From: Vicinamibacterales bacterium
GTDB taxonomy: Bacteria; Acidobacteriota; Vicinamibacteria; Vicinamibacterales; 2-12-FULL-66-21
Assembly (NCBI GenBank): GCA_048594975.1
Contig: JBMDXQ010000067.1
Location: 67,374 to 131,373 of the forward strand
Reading direction: 5' to 3'
Length of the DNA: 64,000 nucleotides
Shown here one piece after another: positions 8,277 to 17,144 of the stretch; the stretch's first letter is position 1, and every line of letters starts with the position of its first letter. A model generated the notes under the pieces. The model searched no databases. It was not told the origin of the DNA and saw nothing but the letters and a program-made list of their open reading frames with translations. Made by a program: the position numbers and the translations under genes.

Positions 8277-8280
8277 AGCG

Positions 8281-8544
8281 TCAGTTCCCACAATGGCGGT
8301 CGACGAAGGCCTTCAATGTACAGCGGAGTTCGGGCGGGAGATCCTCTTCCTTGATGGAGCGGAGCAGCGAGAGGGTACAGCGGTAAGTCCTGAGCTGCGC
8401 GACGCAGCGGGGGCACGCCGAGAGGTGGCGTTCCAGGCGGCCGTGGACGTCGGCCGGCAGCCGGCCCTCCACGAAGTCCGCGAGGAGCGCCACCAGGTCC
8501 GTGCAGCGCGAGGCCTTGTGAGTCACGACGGCCTCCCGCTGCAC
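8281..8544 (-). CDS. small zf-HC2 (anti-sigma-factor-type zinc finger) protein without TM segment
   Basis: 87 aa. The stretch CTDLVALLADFVEGRL...RLERHLSACPRCVAQL matches the zf-HC2 pattern. GTG start. Confidence 0.6.
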   Translation of the reverse strand: MQREAVVTHKASRCTDLVALLADFVEGRLPADVHGRLERHLSACPRCVAQLRTYRCTLSLLRSIKEEDLPPELRCTLKAFVDRHCGN

Positions 8545-8545
8545 G

Positions 8546-8632
8546 GATGGTCAATGGTCGAGGGTCGATGGCAAGGACCGATCACTTGCCGCATCCGGCT
8601 CGTCACTCGGTGCGCTTGACCATTTTCCATTC
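8546..8632. repeat. inverted heptamer repeats (GATGGTC type)
   Basis: The run GATGGTC AATGGTC GAGGGTC GATGGCA (8546-8573) faces GACCATT TTCCATT (8618-8631). It directly abuts the GTG start at 8544. Confidence 0.6.
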
Positions 8633-8637
8633 GCGCG

Positions 8638-11600
8638 TCAGAAGTCGTAGCCAATCCAGACGGCGAAACGCACCTTGCGGAACCAGTCGCTCCCCCCCTG
8701 GTAGGCGAAGACGGCGTCCTCCCATTCACGGTTGAAGAGGGTGCGCCACGCCCAGTCGAAGTGGATCGGGAACCCGAGCGCGAACGTCTCCAGGCCGAAG
8801 CCGTACGAGGCGCGGCCGTCCACCAGCTTGAATCCGTCGATGTTCTGGACCGGGCCGAATACCGGCCGGACGGTCAGGCCGGTCGCGTCGGTGGTGTACC
8901 CCAGGAGCGGCTGGTAGGGAATCGTGCTGCTCGTCCACACCTTCATCGGCTGGTCAACGTAGCCGGCAGCGCCGAGGTTGACGAAGGCGATGCCGCGCAG
9001 TCCGCCGACGACGCCGATGGGCGTCAGCGCCGCCTCGATGAGCGGGAAGCGGAGCTCGGCGTTGCCGAAGAATCCCTTGTGGCCGAGGAACGAGAGGTAG
9101 TCGTAGCCGCGCAGCTCGGAGTTGCCGCCGAAATAGAAGTAGGCGGGGTAGTCCCCCCAGCTGTTGAAACCGCGCAGGCGAAGGGCAACCACGCCGTTGG
9201 TCGCAAGGCGGAGGTAATAGCGCGCGTCCACGTCGGCGGTCTGCCGCGACAGCGTGCGGTCGCCGATCTGGGGGGCGTACTCGTAGCCGACGCGGACCGT
9301 GTTGCCGGCGAGCGGCCCGTACTCCCGGAAGACCGTCGTCTCCTGCACGTAGGCGATGCCGAAGGGCATGAACGTGCCGTTGGCGAACAGGACGCGGCCG
9401 TACTGCTGCATCTGGTACGCGTCGGCCAGGTCCTGCAGATCGGGCTCGTTGAACCCCTGCTTGAACTGCATGACGCCGGTGGACAGCTCGACGCGCGCGT
9501 AGCGATTGAAGGGGTAGATCGCGAAGGCGGTGCCGCCCCGCGCCGTCTGGGTGGCGATCGCCTGGTCGCGATCGAGCCAGCCGTACTCGTATCCGTAGAG
9601 GATGCCGGGCTGGTAGCCGTAGTAGAACTGCGTCTGGGAGAACCCCTGCAGCGCGTACTGGAAGCGCCGCGAGAGGTTCACGTAGGAGAACGACAGCGTG
9701 CGGTACTGCTGCACCGATGCGGCGAACATGTTGAACTGCTTGTCGCCGAGCACGTCGCTGAAGGTGACCTGCGTGCCGCCGAACAGGTCGCCGCCGCTGG
9801 TGACGCCGAGGGCCACGGGCGGGCGTCCCTCGAGGAACATCTTCTCGAACGTCCCCTTGCGGCGGATGTTGCCGCGGACGAGCGTATGCGTCATCGGGGG
9901 CGTAAAGTCGATGATCGGTCCAGGCGTCCCGAAATCGGCGCTCGCCACCGTCGCCATCGGTTCCTCGCGCGCCAGCGTGTGGATGCCGAACTCCTGCTTG
10001 TAATAGGTGACGAACGCGATCTTCGTCTTCGCCTGGTCCTTCAGCACGATCGGCGAGACGTTGCCGGTCAACGTGTCGGTATACTGCTTCAGCTCGCCGG
10101 TCTTCAGGCTGAGCGTCCAGATGTTGTAGATGTTGCCGTTACGCGCGACCTCGGGATCGATCGGCTGGTTCGGGTCGGTGGCCGTCGACGGGAACACGAT
10201 GGTCTCGCCGTCGATGAACTGGGCGCCGCCGTCGTCGTGCGTGCCGAACGTGATCTGCGTCTTCTGCCCGGTCACCAGGTCCAGCTTGAAGAGCTTGTCA
10301 TTGCCGCTGACCCGCGCAATGTAGACCAGCGACTTGCCGTCGGGCGCATAGGTTGGCGAGTAGTCGCCGAACTCGTCGTTGGTCAGGTTGCGGATCTCGC
10401 CGGTCTCGACGTTGACTGCGAACAGGTCGTGAACGCCGCCGCGCATCCCCGCAAACGCGATCTCCTTCCCGTCGGGGCTGATATCCGGGGACTCCGGCGC
10501 GTCGACGGTCTTCAGCTCGAACCGCTGCTCGATCCGGCGATTGACCACGTTCTGCAGGATCAGCGTCTTCTGCTTTTCGGTGCGGACGAAGTAGGCGATG
10601 CGATCGTTGACCGGCGACCACGACATCCACGGGACGGCGTTGCTGCGGAACCCGCCCGGGCTGGAGATGTACTCGTAGCCGGCGTCCTTGCTGAACCCGG
10701 AGGTCAGGTTCTGGACGACCTTGCCGTCCTTGGTCGAGAGCAGGATGATGTCGAGCTCCTGGTCCTTGCGGTTGCCGGCCATGACCGCAATCAGGTCGCC
10801 GGTCGGCGACGGCTCGATCGAGATGACCGTGACGTACGGCGTCCTGTCCCGCTTCGGCGCCAGGTTGCGGCCGTAGTCGGTGGGCCGCTCCTTGTCGCGG
10901 AACGCCTTGAAGCGGTCCTTCATGAACTTCTCGAACTGCTCGTCGAACTCTTCACCCTTCAGCCGGAACGCCTCCTCGTAGGCGCTTTCGCCGCCGCCGA
11001 TGACCGCCTTGCGCAGCGCGAAGAGGAACTGCCGGAGGCCTTCCTGGCCCCACTTCGACTCGATGAACTCGAAGGCGGCATGGCCCATCGAGTAGATGAG
11101 GCGGCCCGCCTCGTAGCCGCTCTCGAACTCGCTCATCTTCGGAATGGTGTCGGTGATCGCCGCGTCGCGAACCTGCATCAGGTCGAACGGGTTCCAGTAC
11201 CGCGCCATGTAGTTGGCGAGGCCCTCGTCGACCCACCGCGGCAGACCGCGGCGAAGCAGCGAGCGCGGGATGATGTCGAATTCGAAGATGTGCGTCAGCT
11301 CGTGCGTGATCAGGCGGTAGAGCTGATCCGGCGGCTCGTCGATGGGCAGCACCATCCGGTCGCGGTACGGCTCGGCGAACGCGAGCACGCCCTCCGGGAT
11401 CTCGCCCGGCTCGATGTTCTGCTGCTGGAACTCACTCGCGGTCTTGAACAGGATCATCGGGACCTTGTGCCCGAGGTCGTGCTTCAGGTCGGAGCTGATC
11501 GTCTGGTAGGCGCTCTCGGCGTAGCTGGTGATCCGCTCCAGGTGCGACTCGATGTCGGGGTAGTAGAAGATCTCGAAGTGGTCCGTTGTGTAGATGTGCC

Positions 11601-11826
11601 ACCTGAAATTGTCGTAGCGAATGCGGTTCTTCGAGTAGTACGGAATGTATCCCGTCTGGCGGTACGCCTGCGGGCCGCCGGAGGCCAGCGCGGCGGCACG
11701 CTCCCTCAGCAACCGGCACGGCGCCTGGTCGGCCCAGGCGGGGCTGGTGGCACCGGCGGTGGCGCGCAGCGCCAGCAGGAAGACCACGGACGGCAGGGAG
11801 CCGCGCGCGTCGGAGCGCGTGCGCAT
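8638..11826 (-). CDS. outer-membrane fusion protein: peptidase_MA-like domain + PD40/TolB-like beta-propeller + Omp85/surface-antigen-like C-terminal barrel
   Basis: 1062 aa with a signal peptide. The N-terminal third carries HELTHIFEF ... WVDEGLANYMA (HExxH plus EGxA). PD40-like repeats include ISPDGKEIAF and SPTYAPDGKSLVY. The C-terminal ~350 aa is beta-rich and ends FAVWIGYDF. Confidence 0.6.
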   Translation of the reverse strand: MRTRSDARGSLPSVVFLLALRATAGATSPAWADQAPCRLLRERAAALASGGPQAYRQTGYIPYYSKNRIRYDNFRWHIYTTDHFEIFYYPDIESHLERITSYAESAYQTISSDLKHDLGHKVPMILFKTASEFQQQNIEPGEIPEGVLAFAEPYRDRMVLPIDEPPDQLYRLITHELTHIFEFDIIPRSLLRRGLPRWVDEGLANYMARYWNPFDLMQVRDAAITDTIPKMSEFESGYEAGRLIYSMGHAAFEFIESKWGQEGLRQFLFALRKAVIGGGESAYEEAFRLKGEEFDEQFEKFMKDRFKAFRDKERPTDYGRNLAPKRDRTPYVTVISIEPSPTGDLIAVMAGNRKDQELDIILLSTKDGKVVQNLTSGFSKDAGYEYISSPGGFRSNAVPWMSWSPVNDRIAYFVRTEKQKTLILQNVVNRRIEQRFELKTVDAPESPDISPDGKEIAFAGMRGGVHDLFAVNVETGEIRNLTNDEFGDYSPTYAPDGKSLVYIARVSGNDKLFKLDLVTGQKTQITFGTHDDGGAQFIDGETIVFPSTATDPNQPIDPEVARNGNIYNIWTLSLKTGELKQYTDTLTGNVSPIVLKDQAKTKIAFVTYYKQEFGIHTLAREEPMATVASADFGTPGPIIDFTPPMTHTLVRGNIRRKGTFEKMFLEGRPPVALGVTSGGDLFGGTQVTFSDVLGDKQFNMFAASVQQYRTLSFSYVNLSRRFQYALQGFSQTQFYYGYQPGILYGYEYGWLDRDQAIATQTARGGTAFAIYPFNRYARVELSTGVMQFKQGFNEPDLQDLADAYQMQQYGRVLFANGTFMPFGIAYVQETTVFREYGPLAGNTVRVGYEYAPQIGDRTLSRQTADVDARYYLRLATNGVVALRLRGFNSWGDYPAYFYFGGNSELRGYDYLSFLGHKGFFGNAELRFPLIEAALTPIGVVGGLRGIAFVNLGAAGYVDQPMKVWTSSTIPYQPLLGYTTDATGLTVRPVFGPVQNIDGFKLVDGRASYGFGLETFALGFPIHFDWAWRTLFNREWEDAVFAYQGGSDWFRKVRFAVWIGYDF

Positions 11827-12044
11827 GTTTCACCTCGGGTAGCGACGGGCAGGTCGTCTGCTGGTCGCGATGTTACTGTAGCTAAGACGGTTGTCGCAAC
11901 GACAACGTCCCCTCCAGGGCGGGTCGCCCGAGATCAGCAAGTCACGTGCCTGCCGCCGAGCTCGAAATCCGGGCACGCGGCAGCCGTGGCCCTGAAAAAG
12001 TGTCCCCCGCGCCGCACATCCGTCCTCCTTTGTAGAAGGATGTC

Positions 12045-12235
12045 TCGCCTCGGGACTCGGCAGTCGGGCCGCGGCGCTTGGGATCGCTCGGCGCTCGGGC
12101 TCGGGGGTCGGGCTCGGGGTTCGACGCTCGGCGCTTGGGATTCGGTTTGGGGATTACGGATTCAGGATCAGCCATCAGGGATTCAGGATTATTCAGGATC
12201 AGGGATGATCAGGGATTAGAGATCAGGGATTGTAC
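12045..12235. repeat. ~190-nt tract of degenerate 7-nt tandem repeats (CTCGGGN drifting to GGATTCA / TCAGGGA), single orientation
   Basis: NYGG recurs at 12050, 12057, 12064, 12071, 12078, 12088, 12095, 12108, 12121, 12128, 12135 and 12142. It is followed by GGATTAC GGATTCA GGATCAG ... GATCAGG GATTGTA. Confidence 0.8.
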
Positions 12236-12302
12236 AATTCCGGAATAAACGGTCGCCCCTGGGGTGTTCTCTCCCTTGGGGCGCCATACGCTGTGATCTT
12301 CG

Positions 12303-12851
12303 ATGGCGCGCCGCCGCCCCGGTGACGGGGCCGACGAGACGTTCACGAACGAGGCCCTGTCCTACGTGGACAGCCTGTACGGCACGGCGCTGCGCCTGAC
12401 GCGTCAGGTCGCTGACGCGGAGGACCTGGTCCAGGACACCTACCTCAAGGCGTTCCGGGCCGAGGCGCAGTTCCAGCGCGGTACCAACCTGAAGGCGTGG
12501 CTGTTCACGATCCTTCACAACACGTTTCGCAACCGCCGGCGCGACGCCGGCCGCAGCCCGATCGACGTGGACAGCGAGGTGGTGGAGCAGGCCATGGACA
12601 CGGGCGCGGTGCAGGACACGCCGGAGGCGCTGCTTTCGCGATCCACGCTCGACGCGGACCTGCAGGCCGCGCTCGACGCTCTCCCCGAGGCCTTCCGCCA
12701 GGCCGTCTGGCTGCGGGACGTCGAAGAATTCTCGTACGCGGAGATCGCCGACATCGTCGGGGTTCCGATCGGGACGGTGATGTCACGGATTTCGCGGGGA
12801 CGCAAGCTGCTGCACGATCGGTTGGCCGCGTCCCGACCGGTGACGCCATGA
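12303..12851 (+). CDS. ECF-type RNA polymerase sigma-70 factor
   Basis: Region 2: DLVQDTYLKAF...WLFTILHNTFRNRRRD. Region 4: FSYAEIADIVGVPIGTVMSRISRGRKLL. Confidence 0.9.
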   Translation: MARRRPGDGADETFTNEALSYVDSLYGTALRLTRQVADAEDLVQDTYLKAFRAEAQFQRGTNLKAWLFTILHNTFRNRRRDAGRSPIDVDSEVVEQAMDTGAVQDTPEALLSRSTLDADLQAALDALPEAFRQAVWLRDVEEFSYAEIADIVGVPIGTVMSRISRGRKLLHDRLAASRPVTP

Positions 12852-12893
12852 CACCAGCCTGCCTGCTCCGCTACAGAGCGCTGCCCATCTCCC

Positions 12894-13661
12894 ATGCCTG
12901 AGCCGCCCTGCACCTGCCGCGACCTCGAGCCGATGCTCGCGCCGTACATCGACGACGAAGCGTCGCCGCGCGACCGCGAGTCGATCGATGCCCATCTCGA
13001 GCGGTGCCCACCCTGCCGTGACCGGGTGGCCGGCGAGCGCGCCGCCCGCGACCTCCTGCGTGCCCGGCGCCGGGCGCTGCGCGGCGGCGCCTCCGACGTG
13101 CTGCGTGCGCGCTGCGCCGCGCATGCCACGCTCGCGCAGGGCGCGACGCGCGCGGCACCGATCCTCCGCCGTCTCGTGCCGCTCTCGCTCGCCGCCACGC
13201 TCGTGCTCGCCGTCGCCGGGATTTTTCTCTTCGGCGTGAACCACGAGGCGATCGCGGCGCAGCTGGCGCTCGATCACGTGAAGTGCTTCGACGTGATTGG
13301 TGAAGAGGGGACCAGGGATCCGAAAGTCGCGGAAGCCACCTGGGTAGCGCGGCGCGGCTGGGCGATCGGGGTCCCGCCGCCCTCACCCGAACTCGACCTG
13401 GAGCTGGTTGGCGTACGCCGGTGCTTCTCGGCCGACGGCGCCGCCGCGCACTGCATGTACCGCTGGCGCAACCAGGCGCTGTCCGTCTACATCATCCCGC
13501 ACACGCTCGACGATCTCCCGGCGGCGCCGCAGGCGATGGAGAAGTTCGGGCAGCAGGCGATAATGTGGTCGAGCGGCGGCCGTACCTACCTGGTGGTGAC
13601 GCGCCGGCGGTCCGAGGGCCTGGACGGCGTCACCGGACATATCCGGCGCCACGTGAGATAG
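12894..13661 (+). CDS. membrane anti-sigma factor (zf-HC2 N-terminus)
   Basis: Contains CRDLEPMLAPYIDDE...HLERCPPCRDRV and a single TM (LVPLSLAATLVLAVAGIFLFGV), followed by a ~140-aa outer domain. It begins 42 nt after the sigma gene. Confidence 0.75.
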   Translation: MPEPPCTCRDLEPMLAPYIDDEASPRDRESIDAHLERCPPCRDRVAGERAARDLLRARRRALRGGASDVLRARCAAHATLAQGATRAAPILRRLVPLSLAATLVLAVAGIFLFGVNHEAIAAQLALDHVKCFDVIGEEGTRDPKVAEATWVARRGWAIGVPPPSPELDLELVGVRRCFSADGAAAHCMYRWRNQALSVYIIPHTLDDLPAAPQAMEKFGQQAIMWSSGGRTYLVVTRRRSEGLDGVTGHIRRHVR

Positions 13662-13740
13662 CACCGGTGGGGGCGTCGCGCACCGGCGTCTGTCGCAGCG
13701 TCGCTCGAGGCACACGGAGCACACAGGAAGGAAGTCGTCG

Positions 13741-14292
13741 ATGAAGACCCGGTGGATAGCGGCGGCGGTCGTCGCGCTCGCGCTTGCGGTGGTCACGGTG
13801 CCGGCCCTGTTGAACGGATCGGACGACGACGCCGAGCGCGCCGAGCCCGCGCTGGCCGGCGCGCCGTCGTGCAAGTCGCCACACGGCAAGGCCCGGCTCG
13901 ATCTCAAGGTGAAGGACATGAACGGCGCGACCGTAAACCTTGCCGACTTCAAAGGGAAGGTGATCCTCCTGAACTTCTGGGCGACGTGGTGCGGACCGTG
14001 CAAGGTCGAGATCCCCGAGTTCGTCCGCGCCTACGATCAGCACAAGGACAAGGGCTTCGTCGTCCTCGGCGTGTCCATCGACGACACGCCCGATCAGCTG
14101 CAGGCGTTCGCGAAGCAGTACAAGATCACCTACCCGATGCTCCTCAACCAGGAGAACGTGGAAGAGGCGTATGGCCCGCTCTACGCCGTGCCGGTGTCGT
14201 TCTTCATCGCGCGGGACGGATCGATTTGCCGCAAGCAGATGGGCGAAGTGAAGAAAGAGCTGCTGGAGCGGGAACTGAGAGCGCTCCTGTAG
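13741..14292 (+). CDS. TlpA/ResA-family thiol:disulfide oxidoreductase
   Basis: Has a signal/anchor. The stretch KGKVILLNFWATWCGPCKVEIPEF carries the thioredoxin CxxC in a TlpA context. Confidence 0.9.
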   Translation: MKTRWIAAAVVALALAVVTVPALLNGSDDDAERAEPALAGAPSCKSPHGKARLDLKVKDMNGATVNLADFKGKVILLNFWATWCGPCKVEIPEFVRAYDQHKDKGFVVLGVSIDDTPDQLQAFAKQYKITYPMLLNQENVEEAYGPLYAVPVSFFIARDGSICRKQMGEVKKELLERELRALL

Positions 14293-14307
14293 TATGATCG
14301 CCCCAGC

Positions 14308-14529
14308 ATGTTGAAAGGGTTCACACACGCGCGGCTTGCCTGCGGCTGCCGTATTGGTTTCCGCGAGGGCGTCGAAGGTAGTCCCGTCACCGTGGTGGTC
14401 GACGAGAAGGGCCCAGGTTGCGTGCTGAGCCTGCACGTGCGCGACCTGCCGCTGTTCGACTACCGCGAGGCCCTGCGCCCCTCGACGCGGCTGCAGCCGC
14501 CGGGCGAGGAAGAGTACGAGGAATCGTAG
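14308..14529 (+). CDS. hypothetical small protein (73 aa)
   Basis: The ORF starts 16 nt after the TlpA-like gene. Codon third positions are GC-biased like neighbouring genes. No recognisable motif. Confidence 0.4.
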   Translation: MLKGFTHARLACGCRIGFREGVEGSPVTVVVDEKGPGCVLSLHVRDLPLFDYREALRPSTRLQPPGEEEYEES

Positions 14530-14715
14530 TCAGTCGTCCGACCCGGCCGGGCGATCGTCGGCGTCTCCCATTCCTCTCCCGGATTCCCGCAGCGCCCGCC
14601 GCAGCAGGAACTCGATCTGTCCGTTCAGGCTGCGCAGGTCGTCGTCTGCCCAGCGCTGAACGGCCTCAAGGACCGAGCGGTCGATCCGAAGCAGGAACGC
14701 CTTGCGAGCTGCCAC
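14530..14715 (-). CDS. ribbon-helix-helix (Arc/CopG-like) DNA-binding protein
   Basis: 61 aa. The stretch KAFLLRIDRSVLEAVQRWADDDLRSLNGQIEFLLRRAL fits a beta-strand plus two helices of the RHH fold. It lies 6 nt downstream of the SPFH gene. Confidence 0.5.
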   Translation of the reverse strand: MAARKAFLLRIDRSVLEAVQRWADDDLRSLNGQIEFLLRRALRESGRGMGDADDRPAGSDD

Positions 14716-14721
14716 CGGGCG

Positions 14722-15630
14722 CTACTGGTAGATCGTGCCGGTGTTGATGATCGGCTGCGTGGCGCGCTCACCGCACAGCACCACGAGCAGGTTGCTGACC
14801 ATCGCCGCCTTGCGCTCGTCGTCCAGCGCGACGATGTCGCGGGTGGACAGCATGTCGAGCGCCATCTGCACCATCCCGACCGCACCCTCGACGATGCGCT
14901 GCCGCGCCGCGATGATCGCCCCGGCCTGCTGCCGCTGTAGCATCGCCTGCGCAATCTCCGGCGCATACGCGAGGTGGCTGATCCTCGCCTCCATCACCTC
15001 GACGCCGGCACGCGCCAGGCGCTCCTGGATCTCGCGCTTCAGGTGCTCGGCGACCTCGGCGGTGTTGCCGCGCAGCGACATCTGGCTCTCGTCGTGCGCG
15101 TCGTAGGTGTAGCTGGTGGCCAGGTTGCGCAGCGCCGCCTCGCTCTGCACCTTGACGTAGTTGTTGTAATCGTCCACCTGGAACACCGCCTCGGCGCTGT
15201 CCACCACCTTCCACACGACGACCGCCGCGATCTCGATCGGGTTGCCCTCGTTGTCGTTGACCTTGAGCCTGCCGCTCTCGAAGTTGCGCACTCGAAGCGA
15301 GATGCGCTTCTTGGTGTACAGCGGGTTCGCCCAGCGAAGGCCGTCGGTTCTCGTCGACCCGACGTAGTCGCCGAAGAACTGCAGCACCCGGGCCTCGTTC
15401 GGATTGACGACGAAGACGCCCGTCGTCAGGAAGATCGAGAGCGCCAGCACGATGGCCGAGCCGAGCAGCACCGGCAGGGATCCGTCTTCGGCGCTGCGGA
15501 TGAGCACCCACAGCGAGCCTCCCGCAACCAGGACAAGGGCAATGAAAATTGGGAGCCCTGGGAGCGCGGGGTATTCTCTTTCGCGGATCGTGAACTCGCG
15601 GACCATCGGGGACCTCCTCGGCGATTTCAA
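14722..15630 (-). CDS. SPFH/band-7 (stomatin/prohibitin-like) membrane protein
   Basis: N-terminal TM helices. The SPFH core reads [32 protein letters not shown]...[14 protein letters not shown]...[22 protein letters not shown]. Confidence 0.85.
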   Translation of the reverse strand: MKSPRRSPMVREFTIREREYPALPGLPIFIALVLVAGGSLWVLIRSAEDGSLPVLLGSAIVLALSIFLTTGVFVVNPNEARVLQFFGDYVGSTRTDGLRWANPLYTKKRISLRVRNFESGRLKVNDNEGNPIEIAAVVVWKVVDSAEAVFQVDDYNNYVKVQSEAALRNLATSYTYDAHDESQMSLRGNTAEVAEHLKREIQERLARAGVEVMEARISHLAYAPEIAQAMLQRQQAGAIIAARQRIVEGAVGMVQMALDMLSTRDIVALDDERKAAMVSNLLVVLCGERATQPIINTGTIYQ

Positions 15631-15707
15631 AGTGATATCATTTTGAAAGCCTACTCGTCCATACGGGCGTGCGGTCGTTCCGGTTCCACGACGGCTGCGT
15701 CATTTGT

Positions 15708-17138
15708 ATGTGGTTGAAAATACGCCATTTGGCAATCGTCCATGTTGTCACGGCAAGCCTTGCTCCTGCAGCGTCCACCCGGAGTGAGGAGGCCTTCGCG
15801 GCAGCCGTCAGCGAGGCGGACCTGCGGCGTTCGGTACGTGAACTGGTTGCCTTCGGACCGCGGATGGGGGGAACGCCGTCGAACGAGAAGTCCGCCGCCT
15901 ACCTCGCCACGCATTTCCGGAAGCTCGGCCTCGAGGTGACGGTCGCGGACGACGACCCGGAGCTGGCGCACTGGGAGGACGCCTGGCGGGTGGCGCTGGA
16001 CGACGGCAGCACCATCGAATCCGCCTACCCGCTGGGCTTCTCACCGTCGGCTCCGGCGGGCACGCGCGGCAGGCTGCAGTTCGTACCCGACCTGCGCCGC
16101 GCCGCCCCCCAGCCCTCGTGGAAGGGACGCGTCATCTACACGGAAGCGGAGATTGGCGGCGCCTACGCCGTCATCGCGGCGAGCGGCCACCATCCGGTCG
16201 CCATCCTCACGAGCGCTCCGAACGATCCGGAGCGATACGTCGACTGGTCGCGGATCGGTTCGCTTCCCGAGCGGACGGACAACCCGTTCCCGGCGTTCGC
16301 CGTGTCCTACGTCGACGGCCGCTCGCTGCGGGCCGCTGCCGCGCTGGGACGTTCCGTGTCGGTGCAGCTGACGGCAACGGTGCGCGAAGGACGCCCGCGC
16401 ACCGTGATCGCGACGCTGCCCGGCCAGAATCGCGAGTCCTACTACCTGGTGTGCGCGCACGGCGACTCGGACTCGGGCGGCCCGGGCGCCGACGACAACG
16501 CGTCCGGCGTGGCGACGGTCATGGAGATCGCGCGCGTGTTCACCACGTCGATCCGGTCGCGGTCGCTGGCCATCCCGCGCCTGTCCATCCGGTTCGTGGT
16601 CTGGGGCTCGGAGTACGCGTCGGCGCGCGCCTACATCGAACGCGAAGGCGACCGGCTGCGCCTGCTCGAAGGGGTGATCAACTTCGATCAGACGGGCACC
16701 GGCGCGGAGCGGGAGGCGATCTACTTCGAGTCGAACGAGGTACCGTGGAACGAGCCGCTGCTCCGGACCCTCGAGCGGGTCGGCGCCGATTACGTGAACC
16801 GCCCCGGTTTCTGGACCGAGTACGCCACCAACCCGTCGCAGGGCGGCACCGATTCCTACGCCTTCCTGCCGCGGCAGTACCGCGGCCGCGGCTACACGCC
16901 GCTGCAGATCCCGTCGACGACGCTCTACACTGCCGCCTGGGACAGCCTGCGCGAGGTGCGGCAGACCCCGGGCTGGGAATCCGGCGGCACTGCCGACCCG
17001 GCGACGGTGCGAATCGACTATTCGCTCTACTACCACTCGTCGGGCGACACGCCCGAGAACACCACGGAGCGCGAACCGCAGAACATGGTCAGGGCCGTCA
17101 AGGCGGCAGGCATTGCGCTGCTACGGCTCCTTTGGTGA
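15708..17138 (+). CDS. M28-family aminopeptidase
   Basis: Contains HGDSDSGGPGADDNASGVATVMEIARVF and FVVWGSEYASARAY, the M28 zinc-ligand contexts. The start is uncertain: ATG 15708 is preferred, and the track GTG 15669 is possible. Confidence 0.8.
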   Translation: MWLKIRHLAIVHVVTASLAPAASTRSEEAFAAAVSEADLRRSVRELVAFGPRMGGTPSNEKSAAYLATHFRKLGLEVTVADDDPELAHWEDAWRVALDDGSTIESAYPLGFSPSAPAGTRGRLQFVPDLRRAAPQPSWKGRVIYTEAEIGGAYAVIAASGHHPVAILTSAPNDPERYVDWSRIGSLPERTDNPFPAFAVSYVDGRSLRAAAALGRSVSVQLTATVREGRPRTVIATLPGQNRESYYLVCAHGDSDSGGPGADDNASGVATVMEIARVFTTSIRSRSLAIPRLSIRFVVWGSEYASARAYIEREGDRLRLLEGVINFDQTGTGAEREAIYFESNEVPWNEPLLRTLERVGADYVNRPGFWTEYATNPSQGGTDSYAFLPRQYRGRGYTPLQIPSTTLYTAAWDSLREVRQTPGWESGGTADPATVRIDYSLYYHSSGDTPENTTEREPQNMVRAVKAAGIALLRLLW

Positions 17139-17144
17139 CATGTT

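Noticed and set aside
11942-12175. Small ORFs translating the repeat tracts (11942-12175 minus, 4646-4834 and 4653-4847 plus, the 42195-42383 part of the 140-aa ORF, and the first codons of 49912-50784)
   Set aside because: Their sequences are simply in-frame readings of 7-nt repeats (MLNAECRMLNAEC, SAFGIRHSAFGI, PKPNPKRRASNPEPDP). Periodicity of 7 is incompatible with selection on a reading frame.
8761-12219. 1152-aa plus-strand ORF, the longest in the track
   Set aside because: It is antisense to the well-supported OM fusion protein gene. The translation is Arg/Gly/Asp/Val-rich with no motifs, typical of mirror ORFs in high-GC DNA. It also runs across the non-coding repeat tract at 12045-12219.
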